Source: Octopus bimaculoides (Eukaryota). From it: a stretch of DNA of 64,000 nt. The position numbers and the translations under genes were made by a program. Below, piece after piece: positions 1-14,147 of this stretch (its first letter is position 1; the number at the start of each line of letters is the position of its first letter). A model generated the notes under the pieces. That model saw nothing but the letters and a program-made list of their open reading frames with translations. It ran no database searches and had not been told where the DNA came from. Location of the stretch: contig NC_068992.1 in the NCBI RefSeq assembly GCF_001194135.2, forward strand, positions 56,849,542 to 56,913,541, given 5' to 3'.

Positions 1-737
1 CTCGTATATATTTATGTACATGTGTTCAAATGTATATGAATAAGGTTCACTAGAGCAATTGTTGAATGCATTTCAAATATCTTTAAAAGGCCGGCTTTCT
101 GCACATAGAAAATAGTTATAGCTTTTATTTTTCTTTCTTTAGTTATCTGCTTTCACAGCTTGGTAAGTATTTCCTGTCTACTATTTCTATATTTCCTTAT
201 TGCAAACAAAAGATAAAAATGTTTTTATGATATTTTATCTTCTACAAATACTTACACAGCTCGGTTTTATTTTATTTCTGATAATTTTCTTTTTTTGTTT
301 CTTTATTTGTATTATTTAAAAACGGAGAAAATGTTTTTCAAGTATTCTGCATACAATAAAACGTATATCTGCGTTTAATATGCTACAAAGATAAGAGCTA
401 CATCTAAACGCATTGACTTTGACACGTTTATGTTTTGAGCTTCGTGACCAATACCAGATCAGGAGGTTGTTTCATCCTCTTCAAACATCTAGATATTTTT
501 ATTCTTTATTGTTGATATAATGAAATAAGTTTGTTTCCATCCATTAAACCAACGACCCTTTGTCGTTTAATATACAGATATTTTTCGTTTTTCATTTGCT
601 CTGTTTTTTCATATCCTCCGTTTATGGTGTATTGTAAGAAATATCGCTTTTTCATTATTTTTTAGACTGTAGAATGTAAATGTCATGAACTTGATTACAC
701 ATATATTCATACAATCATATATACACACATGTCACAC

Positions 738-769
<32 letters not shown>

Positions 770-2060
770 NNNNNNNNNNNNNNNNNNNNNNNNNNNNNNN
801 NNNNNNNNNNNNNNNNNNNNNNNNNNNNNNNNNNNNNNNNNNNNNNNNNNNNNNNNNNNNNNNNNNNNNNNNNNNNNNNNNNNNNNNNNNNNNNNNNNNN
901 NNNNNNNNNNNNNNNNNNNNNNNNNNNNNNNNNNNNNNNNNNNNNNNNNNNNNNNNNNNNNNNNNNNNNNNNNNNNNNNNNNNNNNNNNNNNNNNNNNNN
1001 NNNNNNNNNNNNNNNNNNNNNNNNNNNNNNNNNNNNNNNNNNNNNNNNNNNNNNNNNNNNNNNNNNNNNNNNNNNNNNNNNNNGTCTGTGTGGGGGTTTG
1101 AAACTACATAAAAATGTATTTTTCACAGCATAAACTAAAGAGCTTGACAGACGAAATATCTTACGGCATATTTATAAAAATATACATGACAACCCTAACC
1201 GAATTAATTACCAGTCAAGACACACACAAAGGCACACGTAATTATGCTTTTATCTGTGCGTTGAAAAAAAAAAACATTGACGGTTTTATTTACATTTGAA
1301 ATCCATGCAATTCATTCAAGGTATATCTTTCAATGGTTGCGATTGTTTCATTACAAGTCTGTTGTGGTACCCTTAGAATCTTCACGTCAGTCAATCAAAT
1401 GGCTTTTCGTTGCATGAAGCCTAGGACGTCCGTATGTAACAACAAAGCCGTACCATTTTTAGGAGCACTGCTACATTGTTGGTCTCTAATGAGTTTTATA
1501 GACAGTCATCAGTTGTTGGGACTCAATTATATTTCGAGTTTTCATGGCGAAAGCCTGTTATTGTAGTGTAGTTTCGGCCATGTTGAAAAAGTGCCACCAC
1601 CAGGGAAAAAATCAATTATAAGGCAGCCTTGCAGTTCTAGTGAGTTGGAGAGTACTGTTTATGTTTAGGGACAGACAGGCACTGTAATATTTCTTTATAC
1701 GTGTAGTGATTTAAATTTGTTTCTGTCACAGAAAACAATATTGTTTTAAGCGTATTTCCGGTTTCTTTAATCGTAAACTCAGTCCAAGTTCGAACGATGT
1801 ATGTAGGATCCGCGTGGGAGTCACTTAGTTGAGGAATACCAAGGAAGAATAAATATAATAAACTTCTACATAATTCTTATCTACCAAATATTACTCTGGT
1901 ATTTCCCGATCCGGCGTCTTAGTGAAAGGGATATATTCCTATTGTAATACGAAATGTGATCGAACGCTGAAAGACGTAGATTCAAAGCTAACATGTTAGC
2001 AGAATGTCTTTGCTAACATTATCTTTAATATTGGTTTGTGTTCTAGAGTATTTATATATA

Positions 2061-2224
2061 TGAGGGGATGCTAAGAAGTTCCTGTGTGTGGGTAAAAGAA
2101 AATACAGGAAGATCAGTTAATTATGATTTCATTTAGCATATTTCCCTCTAAGAACTCGAAGGTTCAACCTCCAACCAGCCCTTCACGACATCCTTAAAGC
2201 CAGGAACTTTTCAGCACACCCTCC
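2061..2224. mobile_element. Mariner-type MITE (~164 bp)
   Basis: Imperfect TIRs tgaggggatgctaagaagttcctg and caggaacttttcagcacaccctcc, flanked by TA at 2059-2060 and 2225-2226. Confidence 0.7.
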
Positions 2225-2885
2225 TATAAATTTAATCATAATTAGAGGATTGCTGTCTGTTTAAAACCATACCATCATGAATTTTTTTTTAGCGAATCTC
2301 GGATACAGTTACTGTGTACCTTTTAATATTACGCTTTGTTTGAACTGATGTCAAGTGTGAATTCACAGCAGCTCACGTTATCGTATCGTGAGCGGTCACA
2401 TGTGAATTTACCTTACGTCTAATTCTCTCTATAGGAACATGTATAAAATAATGTTTTGGTAATATGTCTCTATCGAATGCCTTAACCAAATAAGAGGCAT
2501 TATTAGTAATTATTAAAACTTCAAACATTCTTATAGAAAGAAAAATGACATTATAAAGCTTGGGTGAGCTTTATATATTAATACTTTAACGCTTATTGTT
2601 AAATACTTCTTAATACTTCAAACACTTTGTTCTGAAGGGAAATAAATGACAAAATTTAAATCTTGGACGAGATCTAAGGAATCTTTACGTTTGAACATCA
2701 TTAATACATGCATGCAATTATTACATCGTATGATTGTTGCAAGATTTACACTCATGCCAATATATCTTCCAGGCTTATCAATGATCTTACTTTTCTATAT
2801 TGTTTATTTAGGGCTACTTTTCTACAATAATGACTTATAACATGAGTGTTAGGCCGCACGTTTTGTCATGACTTCTTCGATCTGT

Positions 2886-3178
2886 ATTATTGGTACTCCG
2901 TCGCATACGACGACGAAGGTTCCAGTTGATCCGATCAACGGAACTGCCTACTCGTGACATTAACCAGAAAATTTCTGAGCATTTAACAAACACGCTTGTC
3001 CTTAACGTAGTTCTCCGGGAGATTCAGCGTGACACAGAATGTGACAGGGGTTCCCGCCTTGGAGAACAGATAGAATTCATGTTTGCCAGCTGAGGGGACA
3101 TTTTTGCCCCCAGTAATCGTCCTCACAACCTTCTGATCGTAAACCGAATAGTCTGCTTACTCAACAACGCACCTCCAC
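2886..3178 (-). mobile_element. Divergent tRNA-derived SINE related to family A
   Basis: Shares the 3' tail (actccgtcg..acgacg...ggttccagttgatccgatcaacggaac) and the cttaacgtagttctc block with family A. Its head begins GTGGAGGTGCG on the - strand. Possible TSD tcgatc. Confidence 0.7.
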
Positions 3179-3916
3179 TCGATCGTCATAAGTTGATCAA
3201 AAATATGTTGAAGCGTTTCACGAGGGTCTATGTCAGTTAGAATGGATATCATCTTGGTTTTCATGGTATTGGAACCGCTGAGAGTACAAAACACCCTTCA
3301 AAATTGGACTCCAAATCATCGTAGGATTAACCAATTCCCAAGCCATCGCTGGTACTCATTTTCATCCCTGAGTACTGAGACAATGTAAAATGATTTACTT
3401 TGTAAAAGGACATAACTGCCGTCCGGAATCGAGATTCAAGCTTACGATCTTATCGTGAGCTCAACAGGCTAAAATTAGAGCCAGGATCTTAAGATCGTGG
3501 ATACAGAGTTTTATTTGATAGAACAGAGAAATTGATTGAAGATTCTAAGCAAATACCGCACAATAGTTTGCTCGGTGCTCTAGTGATATTGCCAATCCCC
3601 GATACTAGAAGCTTTTTACCTTTCACACATTTTTCAAATGACAAAAACCACTGCAATAATGAAGTAATGTATGTGTGCAATGTTCATATTGTTCAAAGGA
3701 GGTTTATTGTTATTGAAATGACCATAAAGGAGGATCATGAGAGGAAGCTTGTGAAATATCAGGAGTTTTTGGAGCTTAGCCGAAACTAAGGTTAGCAGAC
3801 ACCATAAGAGGCAATTTAAGTGGGCTGCTGGGGTTTTTTGAGCTGTTGATATTGCAAAGCTTGGATTGGACTTCGATTTACTAGAGTAGCAAACAGGAGG
3901 GCCATAATTCCATTCC

Positions 3917-3960
3917 TGACACTGAGAAGGCCACTACATGACACTGAGGAGGCCACTACA
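3917..3960. repeat. 22-bp tandem duplication
   Basis: tgacactgag(a/g)aggccactaca x2. Confidence 0.9.
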
Positions 3961-5443
3961 AGAGAGCAGACCAATTGTTTTTTCTTGCAACTGGAATGCA
4001 AATTAGGACTTGATCGACTCTGGCGTGGACCACTAGGCGAGGTGATCTGATGTCAAAAGACCTCCAAAACTTCCGAGACCGCGGCAACATCACTGAGCTT
4101 CATCATGCAACAAAGGAACGAGCTAGTAGTGTTTTCTAAGTTCTTAGTCTGGTGGACGCACAGTGTGTCTTGTCTTAGTGTTATTTGAAATTAGAATATT
4201 AGAATGTTGAGTCAGTTTAAAAGTTTATTATTGCTACATTAAAACACCTTCAGAAAGTCGCGGAAATATTTACACATAATAACATATTCTATTATATCTT
4301 GAAAGTTATATTAAAGTATGTACAGCGAAGCTAAATAGTTGTTTTATAATGTAATATACGTCATATAATGTTAACAGACGTAACGCAGTAACCATTAAAT
4401 CTGTAATTAGAAATAATGGGAGCAACATTATCTATGCTATAATTATGTTACTTTCTACGTATGTAACCCTGAAGTCGAGGAAACGTTCCATAATAGACAG
4501 AGAGCATCGTTTATATAATTCGTAAGACAACCGGCTCCAGTCAGATAAGCGCTATGGCGATGGAAGAGTGTCCAATTTGAAGTCAAAAAGCGTTTGAACA
4601 CTTGATTGGGGAACGCTGTATGTCACAAAGTGATCAGATCAATCTAGTGGATGTTACAGCTCTATGTCTGGCATCTACGCTTTACACCATACAGATTTGT
4701 AGTGGGAATGGACAGTCAGCTGAACAGTCAAAGACAGAAGATCAGAAATGTCATTCACAATGAGTAAGAGCAAGGGGACGATAATTTACTATGAAAATGG
4801 AACAATCAGCATACATTAAATAGTTTGCTAGAAGACTGCAACAATGTAATTCATTGAAATATCAGGTGAATCTCTATAAAGCAATAACTACAACTGTTTT
4901 AGTTGGAAAAGTTGTTCCAAATGAGTCGAGTCAGCAGTAACTTCACATGCAATAATAAGGGATATATATATATATATATATANNNNNNNNNNNNNNNNNN
5001 NNNNNNNNNNNNNNNNNNNNNNNNNNNNNNNNNNNNNNNNNNNNNNNNNNNNNNNNNNNNNNNNNNNNNNNNNNNNNNNNNNNNNNNNNNNNNNNNNNNN
5101 NNNNNNNNNNNNNNNNNNNNNNNNNNNNNNNNNNNNNNNNNNNNNNNNNNNNNNNNNNNNNNNNNNNNNNNNNNNNNNNNNNNNNNNNNNNNNNNNNNNN
5201 NNNNNNNNNNNNNNNNNNNNNNNNNNNNNNNNNNNNNNNNNNNNNNNNNNNNNNNNNNNNNNNNNNNNNNNNNNNNNNNNNNNNNNNNNNNNNNNNNNNN
5301 NNNNNNNNNNNNNNNNNNNNNNNNNNNNNNNNNNNNNNNNNNNNNNNNNNNNNNNNNNNNNNNNNNNNNNNNNNNNNNNNNNNNNNNNNNNNNNNNNNNN
5401 NNNNNNNNNNNNNNNNNNNNNNNNNNNNNNNNNNNNNNNNNNN

Positions 5444-5475
<32 letters not shown>

Positions 5476-6745
5476 CTCACTATTTATAAAGTGTGCGCGT
5501 GTTTGTGTGTGTGTGTGTAGTCACTAACTGCTAGAGATACCAGCCAAAATCCCTGAAATTATATTGAACTTAACTAAACAATAGACTTTTGCATTATGTA
5601 GTTTTTGAATATATTATAACCAAACAACTAAGAGGAGAGTCACGGCTGGATCACTTATTTTACTAGCATTTGATTGAAAACAAACCTCATAAACTACCAC
5701 ATATTACTACTCATGCTTTCTCTGAAGCTATATTATTTCTTGCTAACAAGGTAACAAACATCTCTGTGGTCAATCGATTTCCTAGATATAACAACAATAT
5801 ATAAAAAAAATATTTTTCTACATTAAATAGTTTTCGATAAATCATCTGAATAAAAGATGAGAGAACAACAAATAGATCACTTTTTTATTCTACGCCTGCT
5901 AAATCAGAGATGTATGCAACGAAGCAGCAGCAGCAACAACATATCAAATATAAAAATTAAATTCAATGCTGAACTTTTCCATTATTGTTTAGAAATGGAA
6001 TATTGCATTCGCCGTTTGAAATATAACTTGTTTTATAGTAATTGCTAGCATAGTCTCTCAGTTGTTTGTTCATATCATAAAATTTCTTCTTTAAATTATA
6101 ACAGCCTCGAGTTAATCCATACATAGTGGGTATACGTGCGTTGAGAAATACTGTATAGAAAGATCTCGGTGTATTGTAGTTATATTTCAAAGGAAAAGCC
6201 ATGTCATGCACTGATACATGTTGACTTTGACTACGAATAGAAACGGAGTTTGAACATTCATAATGAACAAGCCAAAAACTGAACCAAAACAGAAGTAAGA
6301 CATTGTTGCAGTAAGTGATCAGCTCCTGAAACGACGGTCCAGGGCTCAAAAGTGATTTGAGAGGCCATGCTTGGAAAAAGCAGTTTCAGATGCAGGAAGA
6401 TGTGAAGCTCTGCAAGGAGCCCACATTCACAATGTCTGTCTGTCTGTATATATGTATGTATGTACGTATGTATGCATATATGCATTTATGTATTTATCTT
6501 CATGTGTATATGTATATATATATATGTATAGATATTTATTTATATGTATACATATACATAACACAGATATATAATAAATAATATATTAATAATATACATA
6601 TATTTGTGCATGTGTGTGTGCGTGCGTGTGTGCTTGTTATTTATAGATATATTTATGCATTTACAATTAGTGGTACATGTACTTCAATACGATATATGAT
6701 TGATAATATAATTTACTTATCGTTCTATTTGATTTTCTTTTGCAG

Positions 6746-6916
6746 ATAAGTTTCTTTTCGACTAGTACAGATCTAAGCAATGTGGATCGATTCCCTTATT
6801 TCTTTCGAACAATACCATCAGATCGATATCAAGCTCAGGTGATGGTTGAGTTGGTGAAAATGTTTAACTGGACTTATGTATCCGTCATTTACGAGGAATC
6901 AAGTTATGGTATTCAG
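6746..6916 (+). CDS. mtt: Internal exon of a class C GPCR (metabotropic glutamate receptor-like, mXR/mangetout type), Venus-flytrap domain
   Basis: Acceptor ttttcttttgcag ends at 6745 and donor CAG|gtaata starts at 6917; 171 bp, phase 0/0. Translates ISFFSTSTDLSNVDRFPYFFRTIPSDRYQAQVMVELVKMFNWTYVSVIYEESSYGIQ, carrying the mGluR-family STS, RTIPSD, W.YVS and YG motifs. The symbol reflects recalled similarity to Drosophila mtt; orthology was not tested. Confidence 0.95.
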
Positions 6917-7469
6917 GTAATATATAAATTCATTAATAACGATATTGATATATTTTTTATTTACATATGAATTTGCTAAAGGCTGCATGATGTGTAGTGG
7001 GTTTGTTGTTTCTATTATTAAATATATCTATAAGGCGGCAAGCTATTAGAATCGTTAGCATGCCAGGCAAAATTCTTAGCGATACTTCATCCTACCTTAA
7101 GTCATGAGTTCAAATTGGGTTCGATAACTGCATATGTATATATAATTTAATAAACAAAATATATGTTTTTTTTTAATGTGCTACTATTAATTTCATGTGC
7201 TGAAAAAATACCAAACATTGTCTTATAACATGTCTGGTATCCCTGTACAATCCTCAGACACACCCCACATGACATAACGAACTAAAAATGAAAATGGGAC
7301 GAGAGAAAAAGCAAGAAAAGGTGGGAAACAAGTATAAATAAAAGTTGCAGGCTGAAAAACCAGAGTTTTTCATCTACGTATTAAACTGAAAGTAGACGTA
7401 AAATCGACACCATATGTTAACGTATATATATATATATATATATNNNNNNNNNNNNNNNNNNNNNNNNNN

Positions 7470-7705
7470 TGTGTGTGTGTGTGTGTGTGTTTCTTGTTTC
7501 TGTGTCTGTGTTTGGTCCCAACATCGCTTGACAACCGATGCTGCTGTGTTTACGTCCCCGTAACATAACGGTTCGGCAAAAGAAATCGATAGAATAAGTA
7601 CTAGGCTAACAAATAATAAGTCCTGGGGGTCCATTTGCTCGACTAAAGGCGGTGCTCCAGCATGGCTACAGTCAAATGACTGAAACAAGTAAAAGAGTAA
7701 AAGAG
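7470..7705 (+). mobile_element. 3' half of SINE family C (internal microsatellite; CORE-like family)
   Basis: tgtgtttggtcccaacatcgcttgacaaccgatgctg...aaggcggtgctccagcatggctacagtcaaatgactgaaacaagtaaaagag, following a (TA)/(GT) tract and gap. Other partial copies at about 12960-13085(-), 31130-31225(+), 44520-44695(+) and 60270-60480(-). Confidence 0.8.
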
Positions 7706-8662
7706 TAAAGACTATACATACTTACATACGTACATACATACATATATATATATAAGTATATATTGATTGATATAGATATATACACACACATGCACACATA
7801 CATACATACATACATACATACATACGTACGTACGTACATACTTACACACACGCACACACAGACATATATACATACATACATCTGTACATTTTAGTGTATA
7901 AATGTAAATGCAAAGTGAAATAGAGGATTTCTGCAACCTGTAGCAACACAATCAGTGTTATCTCCCTAAAGCGGTCTTGAACATAGTTTCAACATCTATT
8001 TACTTTGATGCAATATAGCCATATTCTGTTCAAAAACAGAAAGAAGGAACATACAACACATCGGAATTTACTTAACGAGAGGTTAGCTTGCAGTATATAT
8101 TAATATATTTTAAAAGTGGCGAGAAACCTAAATTTAAAACCAGCGCTGATAACGAATTTGAATATATTTGCGAAAAGGTTGCTCTCCATTCCTTCTATTC
8201 ATCGCAGTATAATCTATGAAGTAAAATAAGCGATTGTGATGAATATAAACTTTTGATCATGGCTATTACGGATTAGGTATTACCTTTGGCTAACACCAAT
8301 AACCCCTTTCGATTTCCCATCGGATCTTCAGCGCTAATGAAGTGATGAAATGTAATAACGCAAGAAGAAATCTTCAAGAATTTAGAAAATCACAATTCAG
8401 GGGAAGCGAATTACGTACGCGCGCGCGCGCACACACACACACAGCATACACACGTACACCCGCAAACACACAAACACGCGCACGCACATTCACTTTCTTT
8501 CTCACACACTCACAAAGATAAACACGCACTCACGCATAAAGATTTAGATACTAACATGTACATTATTGATTATTATGCACATGTTCACAAAGATACCAAG
8601 ACATACATGAAACTTCGATAAACACGCACACTCATATGCATGTATATGAATACACACATACA

Positions 8663-8706
<44 letters not shown>

Positions 8707-9621
8707 TACATACATACATATATATATATATNNNNNNNNNNNNNNNNNNNNNNNNNNNNNNNNNNNNNNNNNNNNNNNNNNNNNNNNNNNNNNNNNNNNN
8801 NNNNNNNNNNNNNNNNNNNNNNNNNNNNNNNNNNNNNNNNNNNNNNNNNNNNNNNNNNNNNNNNNNNNNNNNNNNNNNNNNNNNNNNNNNNNNNNNNNNN
8901 NNNNNNNNNNNNNNNNNNNNNNNNNNNNNNNNNNNNNNNNNNNNNNNNNNNNNNNNNNNNNNNNNNNNNNNNNNNNNNNNNNNNNNNNNNNNNNNNNNNN
9001 NNNNNNNNNNNNNNNNNNNNNNNNNNNNNNNNNNNNNNNNNNNNNNNNNNNNNNNNNNNNNNNNNNNNNNNNNNNNNNNNNNNNNNNNNNNNNNNNNNNN
9101 NNNNNNNNNNNNNNNNNNNNNNNNNNNNNNNNNNNNNNNNNNNNNNNNNNNNNNNNNNNNNNNNNNNNNNNNNNNNNNNNNNNNNNNNNNNNNNNNNNNN
9201 NNNNNNNNNNNNNNNNNNNNNNNNNNNNNNNNNNNNNNNNNNNNNNNNNNNNNNNNNNNNNNNNNNNNNNNNNNNNNNNNNNNNNNNNNNNNNNNNNNNN
9301 NNNNNNNNNNNNNNNNNNNNNNNNNNNNNNNNNNNNNNNNNNNNNNNNNNNNNNNNNNNNNNNNNNNNNNNNNNNNNNNNNNNNNNNNNNNNNNNNNNNN
9401 NNNNNNNNNNNNNNNNNNNNNNNNNNNNNNNNNNNNNNNNNNNNNNNNNNNNNNNNNNNNNNNNNNNNNNNNNNNNNNNNNNNNNNNNNNNNNNNNNNNN
9501 NNNNNNNNNNNNNNNNNNNNNNNNNNNNNNNNNNNNNNTGTGTGTGTATTTGTGTGTTTGCGTGTCTAAAATATATATGGATAGATAGAGATATAGGTAT
9601 AGCTCACTCACTCTCGCTCTC

Positions 9622-9661
<40 letters not shown>

Positions 9662-10418
9662 ACTGCTAAAAACGGTCAATCATGGCGGCTCGCTGGCCAA
9701 GTGCACAAACGCCCGCTGTTGTATAAGTATACATACATGCATACATACATACATACATACATACATACATTCATACATACATACGCACATGCATGCGTAC
9801 GTATCAATACGTGCACAGCAACACCGTTCGTTATAGTTTTTGCCCTAAACACTTCGCAATGGAACTGAACTCAAGACAAGTGTTCGGGAGGCACAATTCT
9901 TATACATACAGTAATAGCTGTACCTGAATTAATTTTCTTCTTTTTGGTAGGTCTTGTATGCTGGTATTCAAAATAATTATTGGCTTGTCCGCTGTTACTG
10001 CCTCGGTTTGGATTATGTATAAAGTCAGCAATTTCAGCTTTGAATCTGAGAAACTACACAAATAATTGTCTTGCATGTAGATTACTCATACGGTTTGACT
10101 TAGAAACGAACAGTCACATTTAAGCATCGTTTATTGTTGTTAATGAATACGTATTAGTTTTAATGGAACGCTATTAGAGATGTATCTTGAAGATTTTCCT
10201 TTAATATATAATATGTTCTTATCTACAACCTGTATAGCAGTCTGATGTCCAATATTTGTAGTGTGTTTTGTAGTTCAATGGCGTAATGACATATCTAACT
10301 GGAGTAATTAATAAAGAAAACGCTTAAATAAATGTAAACGTATTTACTGAATCCGATTGAATCTTGCAAATATAATTGTATGTATGAGTGATTTATGTGA
10401 TGCATGTATGTATGCCAT

Positions 10419-10771
10419 GTTGTTGTTGGCACTCCGTCGCTTACGACGTTGAGGGTTCCAGTTGATCCGATCAACGGAACAGCCTGCTCGTGAAATTAAC
10501 GTGCAAGTGGCTGAGCACTCCACAGACACGTGTACCCTTAACGTAGTTCTCAGGGATATTCAGCGTGACACAGTGTGACAAGGCTGACCCTTTGAAATAT
10601 AGGCACAACAGAAACAGGAAGTAAGAGTGAGAGAACGTTGTGGTGAAAGAGTACAACAGGGGTAACCACCATCCCCTGCCGGAGCCTCGTAGAGCTTTAG
10701 GTGTTTTCGCTCAATAAACACTTACAACGCCCCGTCTGGGAATCGAAACCACTGGGCCATTGCGCCTCCAC
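10419..10771 (-). mobile_element. tRNA-derived SINE family A, (CAA)n tail
   Basis: Near-identical to the copies at 20734, 33219, 35281 and 55127. TSD tatgccat at 10411-10418 and 10773-10780. Confidence 0.92.
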
Positions 10772-11311
10772 ATATGCCATTGTATGTGTATATGAAATGA
10801 AAATTAAAGCCAGGATAAAATTCTCCAGATGTTGTTCAAAGATCTAGTTGAAATGCTGAAAAGAAAGTAACGTAATGTTTTAATTACATCTGTGTGTATG
10901 TATCAATGGAAATATCTACATGTGAAAGTCCGAATACGGACATGTATTTGTGTATGTGTGTCTCGTCAGGTGTATCTTTTCATAAGTCAGAACCAGAGAC
11001 AATATACCCAGTGGTCAATGATTTGCAGTAAACACTATGATATTTTAAACCAAAGATTTCTGTAACAAATTTCATACTCGTTGTTTCCGACTAATGCCAC
11101 TTACAGTAGAAAATTTACAGGAGCACAATTTACAGGAGACAGCATTCGAATGAAGAGCGACTTCACAGCGATGCCAAATTCTTAAACACATGGAAAAATC
11201 CGTCCCCTGTTCGGAGCAGGTGCTACAACAACTCATTAGGCTTAAAAGCAATTACGCTTATTTCTGTTGTAAAGCATGTGAGGTAATAGAGGTATCTATC
11301 TAATTATCTAC

Positions 11312-11375
<64 letters not shown>

Positions 11376-12109
11376 ATACATACATACATACACGCATCCA
11401 TACAAGTTTTCATATATATATGTACGGACGTACATACATGCGTATGTGCGTATTTATATATACATANNNNNNNNNNNNNNNNNNNNNNNNNNNNNNNNNN
11501 NNNNNNNNNNNNNNNNNNNNNNNNNNNNNNNNNNNNNNNNNNNNNNNNNNNNNNNNNNNNNNNATATATATATATATATACAGACACACATAAATATAGC
11601 TATGCATTTATACAAATATACACATACATATACATATATATGCATGTCTGTGTGTGTGTATGTGTGTGCGCGTGTGTGTGTGTGTATGCATACACACACT
11701 CAGGCGCGCACACACACACACACAACGCACACCTGTATATACAAATTAGAGCTAGAACCTAGAGTGCAGCTGACGACAAACAACAAGCGATTAGCTATCG
11801 GCTTTTTTCCGAATCAATTTACTTCCATTCTGTATCTCATCGTTGCACTTGTGAAAAACAGGAGCACGAAATGTCACGATCCTAAATCACAAACGAAAGT
11901 ACGCTGGTATCACTGGCAAGAAAGCAAATGCCATGTGTGTATGAGCATATATATAAATATATATGTGTGTATGTGTGTGTGTATGTGTGGTGTTTGCGTG
12001 CGTTGAGTGAGTATGCGTTTACGTGTGTGTATGTTTGTATGTATCTAAAAATGTATGTGTGTGCTTGTGTTTGCATCTATGTATACATATATATGTATAT
12101 AAATATATA

Positions 12110-12145
<36 letters not shown>

Positions 12146-12199
12146 TATATGTATATATGTATGTATATATACATAAGTATGAATTTATATATATATATT

Positions 12200-12236
<37 letters not shown>

Positions 12237-14109
12237 NNNNNNNNNNNNNNNNNNNNNNNNNNNNNNNNNNNNNNNNNNNNNNNNNNNNNNNNNNNNNNNN
12301 NNNNNNNNNNNNNNNNNNNNNNNNNNNNNNNNNNNNNNNNNNNNNNNNNNNNNNNNNNNNNNNNNNNNNNNNNNNNNNNNNNNNNNNNNNNNNNNNNNNN
12401 NNNNNNNNNNNNNNNNNNNNNNNNNNNNNNNNNNNNNNNNNNNNNNNNNNNNNNNNNNNNNNNNNNNNNNNNNNNNNNNNNNNNNNNNNNNNNNNNNNNN
12501 NNNNNNNNNNNNNNTATATATATATATATATATGTATTTAATTTGGTTTGGTGTTGAAAAAATAATTAAACTGTGCTGGTTGGTTAACAAGTACTTAAAC
12601 AATAGCTGAAATATATGTGAAATTAGAAAACTCATTAACAGTTAATTCGTTGCATTTTTTAAATGAATTCCCAAGTTTTACCTTTTCTTTACTAAATGAG
12701 GGGTCGTAATTAACGAAGCAGGTAAGTCAGAGCAAATGACATACTGATTATTCATATACGAAATTATCACAGAAGGAGAGTAATTGGAAAATTGAGGCTA
12801 ATCACTTGCATTGATCCGATTATTCAACTTGTATTTAATTCTTCGACTCAGAATGGATAAAAGGTAGAGTAGACTCCGGTGGAATAGAAACAAATCATAA
12901 AAAAAAGAAAAAATAGAAGAAATTCTGCTAAGAATATTGGCTGACCTTTTTTTCTTTAATTTCTTTTATTTGTTTCACTCATTTCACTGCGGCCATGCTG
13001 GAGCACCTCCTTTAGTCCAACTAGGACTTATTCTTTGTAAGCCTAGTATCTATTCTATCGGCCTCTTAAGCCGAACCGCTTAAGACACATACACACATTT
13101 ATTATGAATACATTTACTGATATATTATGGAACCAATATACTGATATATCGATTATCGACGCTAAATTTTTGAGGTGTGTATGTACTATATTGTGCTATG
13201 TATATATTATAAAATATCAATATTTAGATAGACCAAAATGCTGATGAGCATATACATTGAGATATCTCACTCATACCTGGATTTAAACTCTGAATGCAAA
13301 GAATTCAGAAGAAAAGAACAGTAGGACATCTGAGCCGATATTCTTGGAGTTTCATCAATTTACCACTCTAAATTGGGATATTTTTATTGACTCCGAATAA
13401 TATATGATGAAGCAGATCTCGGCCAGATTTGAACTAAGACCGCAGAGAGACAATAATAATCGCGAGTCATATTAAACAACGAGCTCAAATCTATGGTGAT
13501 TCGAATTCCCTTCAATAGCTTCATACTTTCAACCAGTCCTCAGTAAGTTCCTCCAAAACATGTTTTAGGAGCGTCATATATCGAATCGCTCATCTAATTC
13601 TGATTGACATCACCTGAAGAAATAACAGGATATTCGCATGTGGAGACGTCGTCCAATATACTTCCGATAGTTTCAAAAGTCTTCCGATATAGAAGCTGTA
13701 GATGATATAGAAGCCATAAATGGTGAACCGTTGTCAAGAAGAAGTTCCATTGATATTGTACAGAAATGATGGAATAAAATTTATTCAAATATTTCTCAAT
13801 CCAAACAATCTCATTTCTTGCATATCATTTATCTTTCATTATCTGAACATTTGTTTTAATAAACTAATGCGTATATATCATTATATATGCACAAAATCAG
13901 GAATCCAAAAATGAATATGCAAATTATTCGTTGATAGCACAACAACATGGAAAAGCATAAATATTTATATTTCTAAAGCAGACAATCGCACATCCTATTT
14001 TTAAAAAACACGTACACAGATACTATGTACGTGCACATATCTGTTTGTGTGCGTGCGTGTGCATTTGTAGCTATGTAAATATTTGTATTATGATACATAT
14101 AAACACCCC

Positions 14110-14147
<38 letters not shown>

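Noticed and set aside
11130-11222. Cryptic cassette exon (tttacag...GCAG|gtgcta)
   Set aside because: Weak donor, the phase does not fit a 0/0 intron, and there is no similarity to the receptor.
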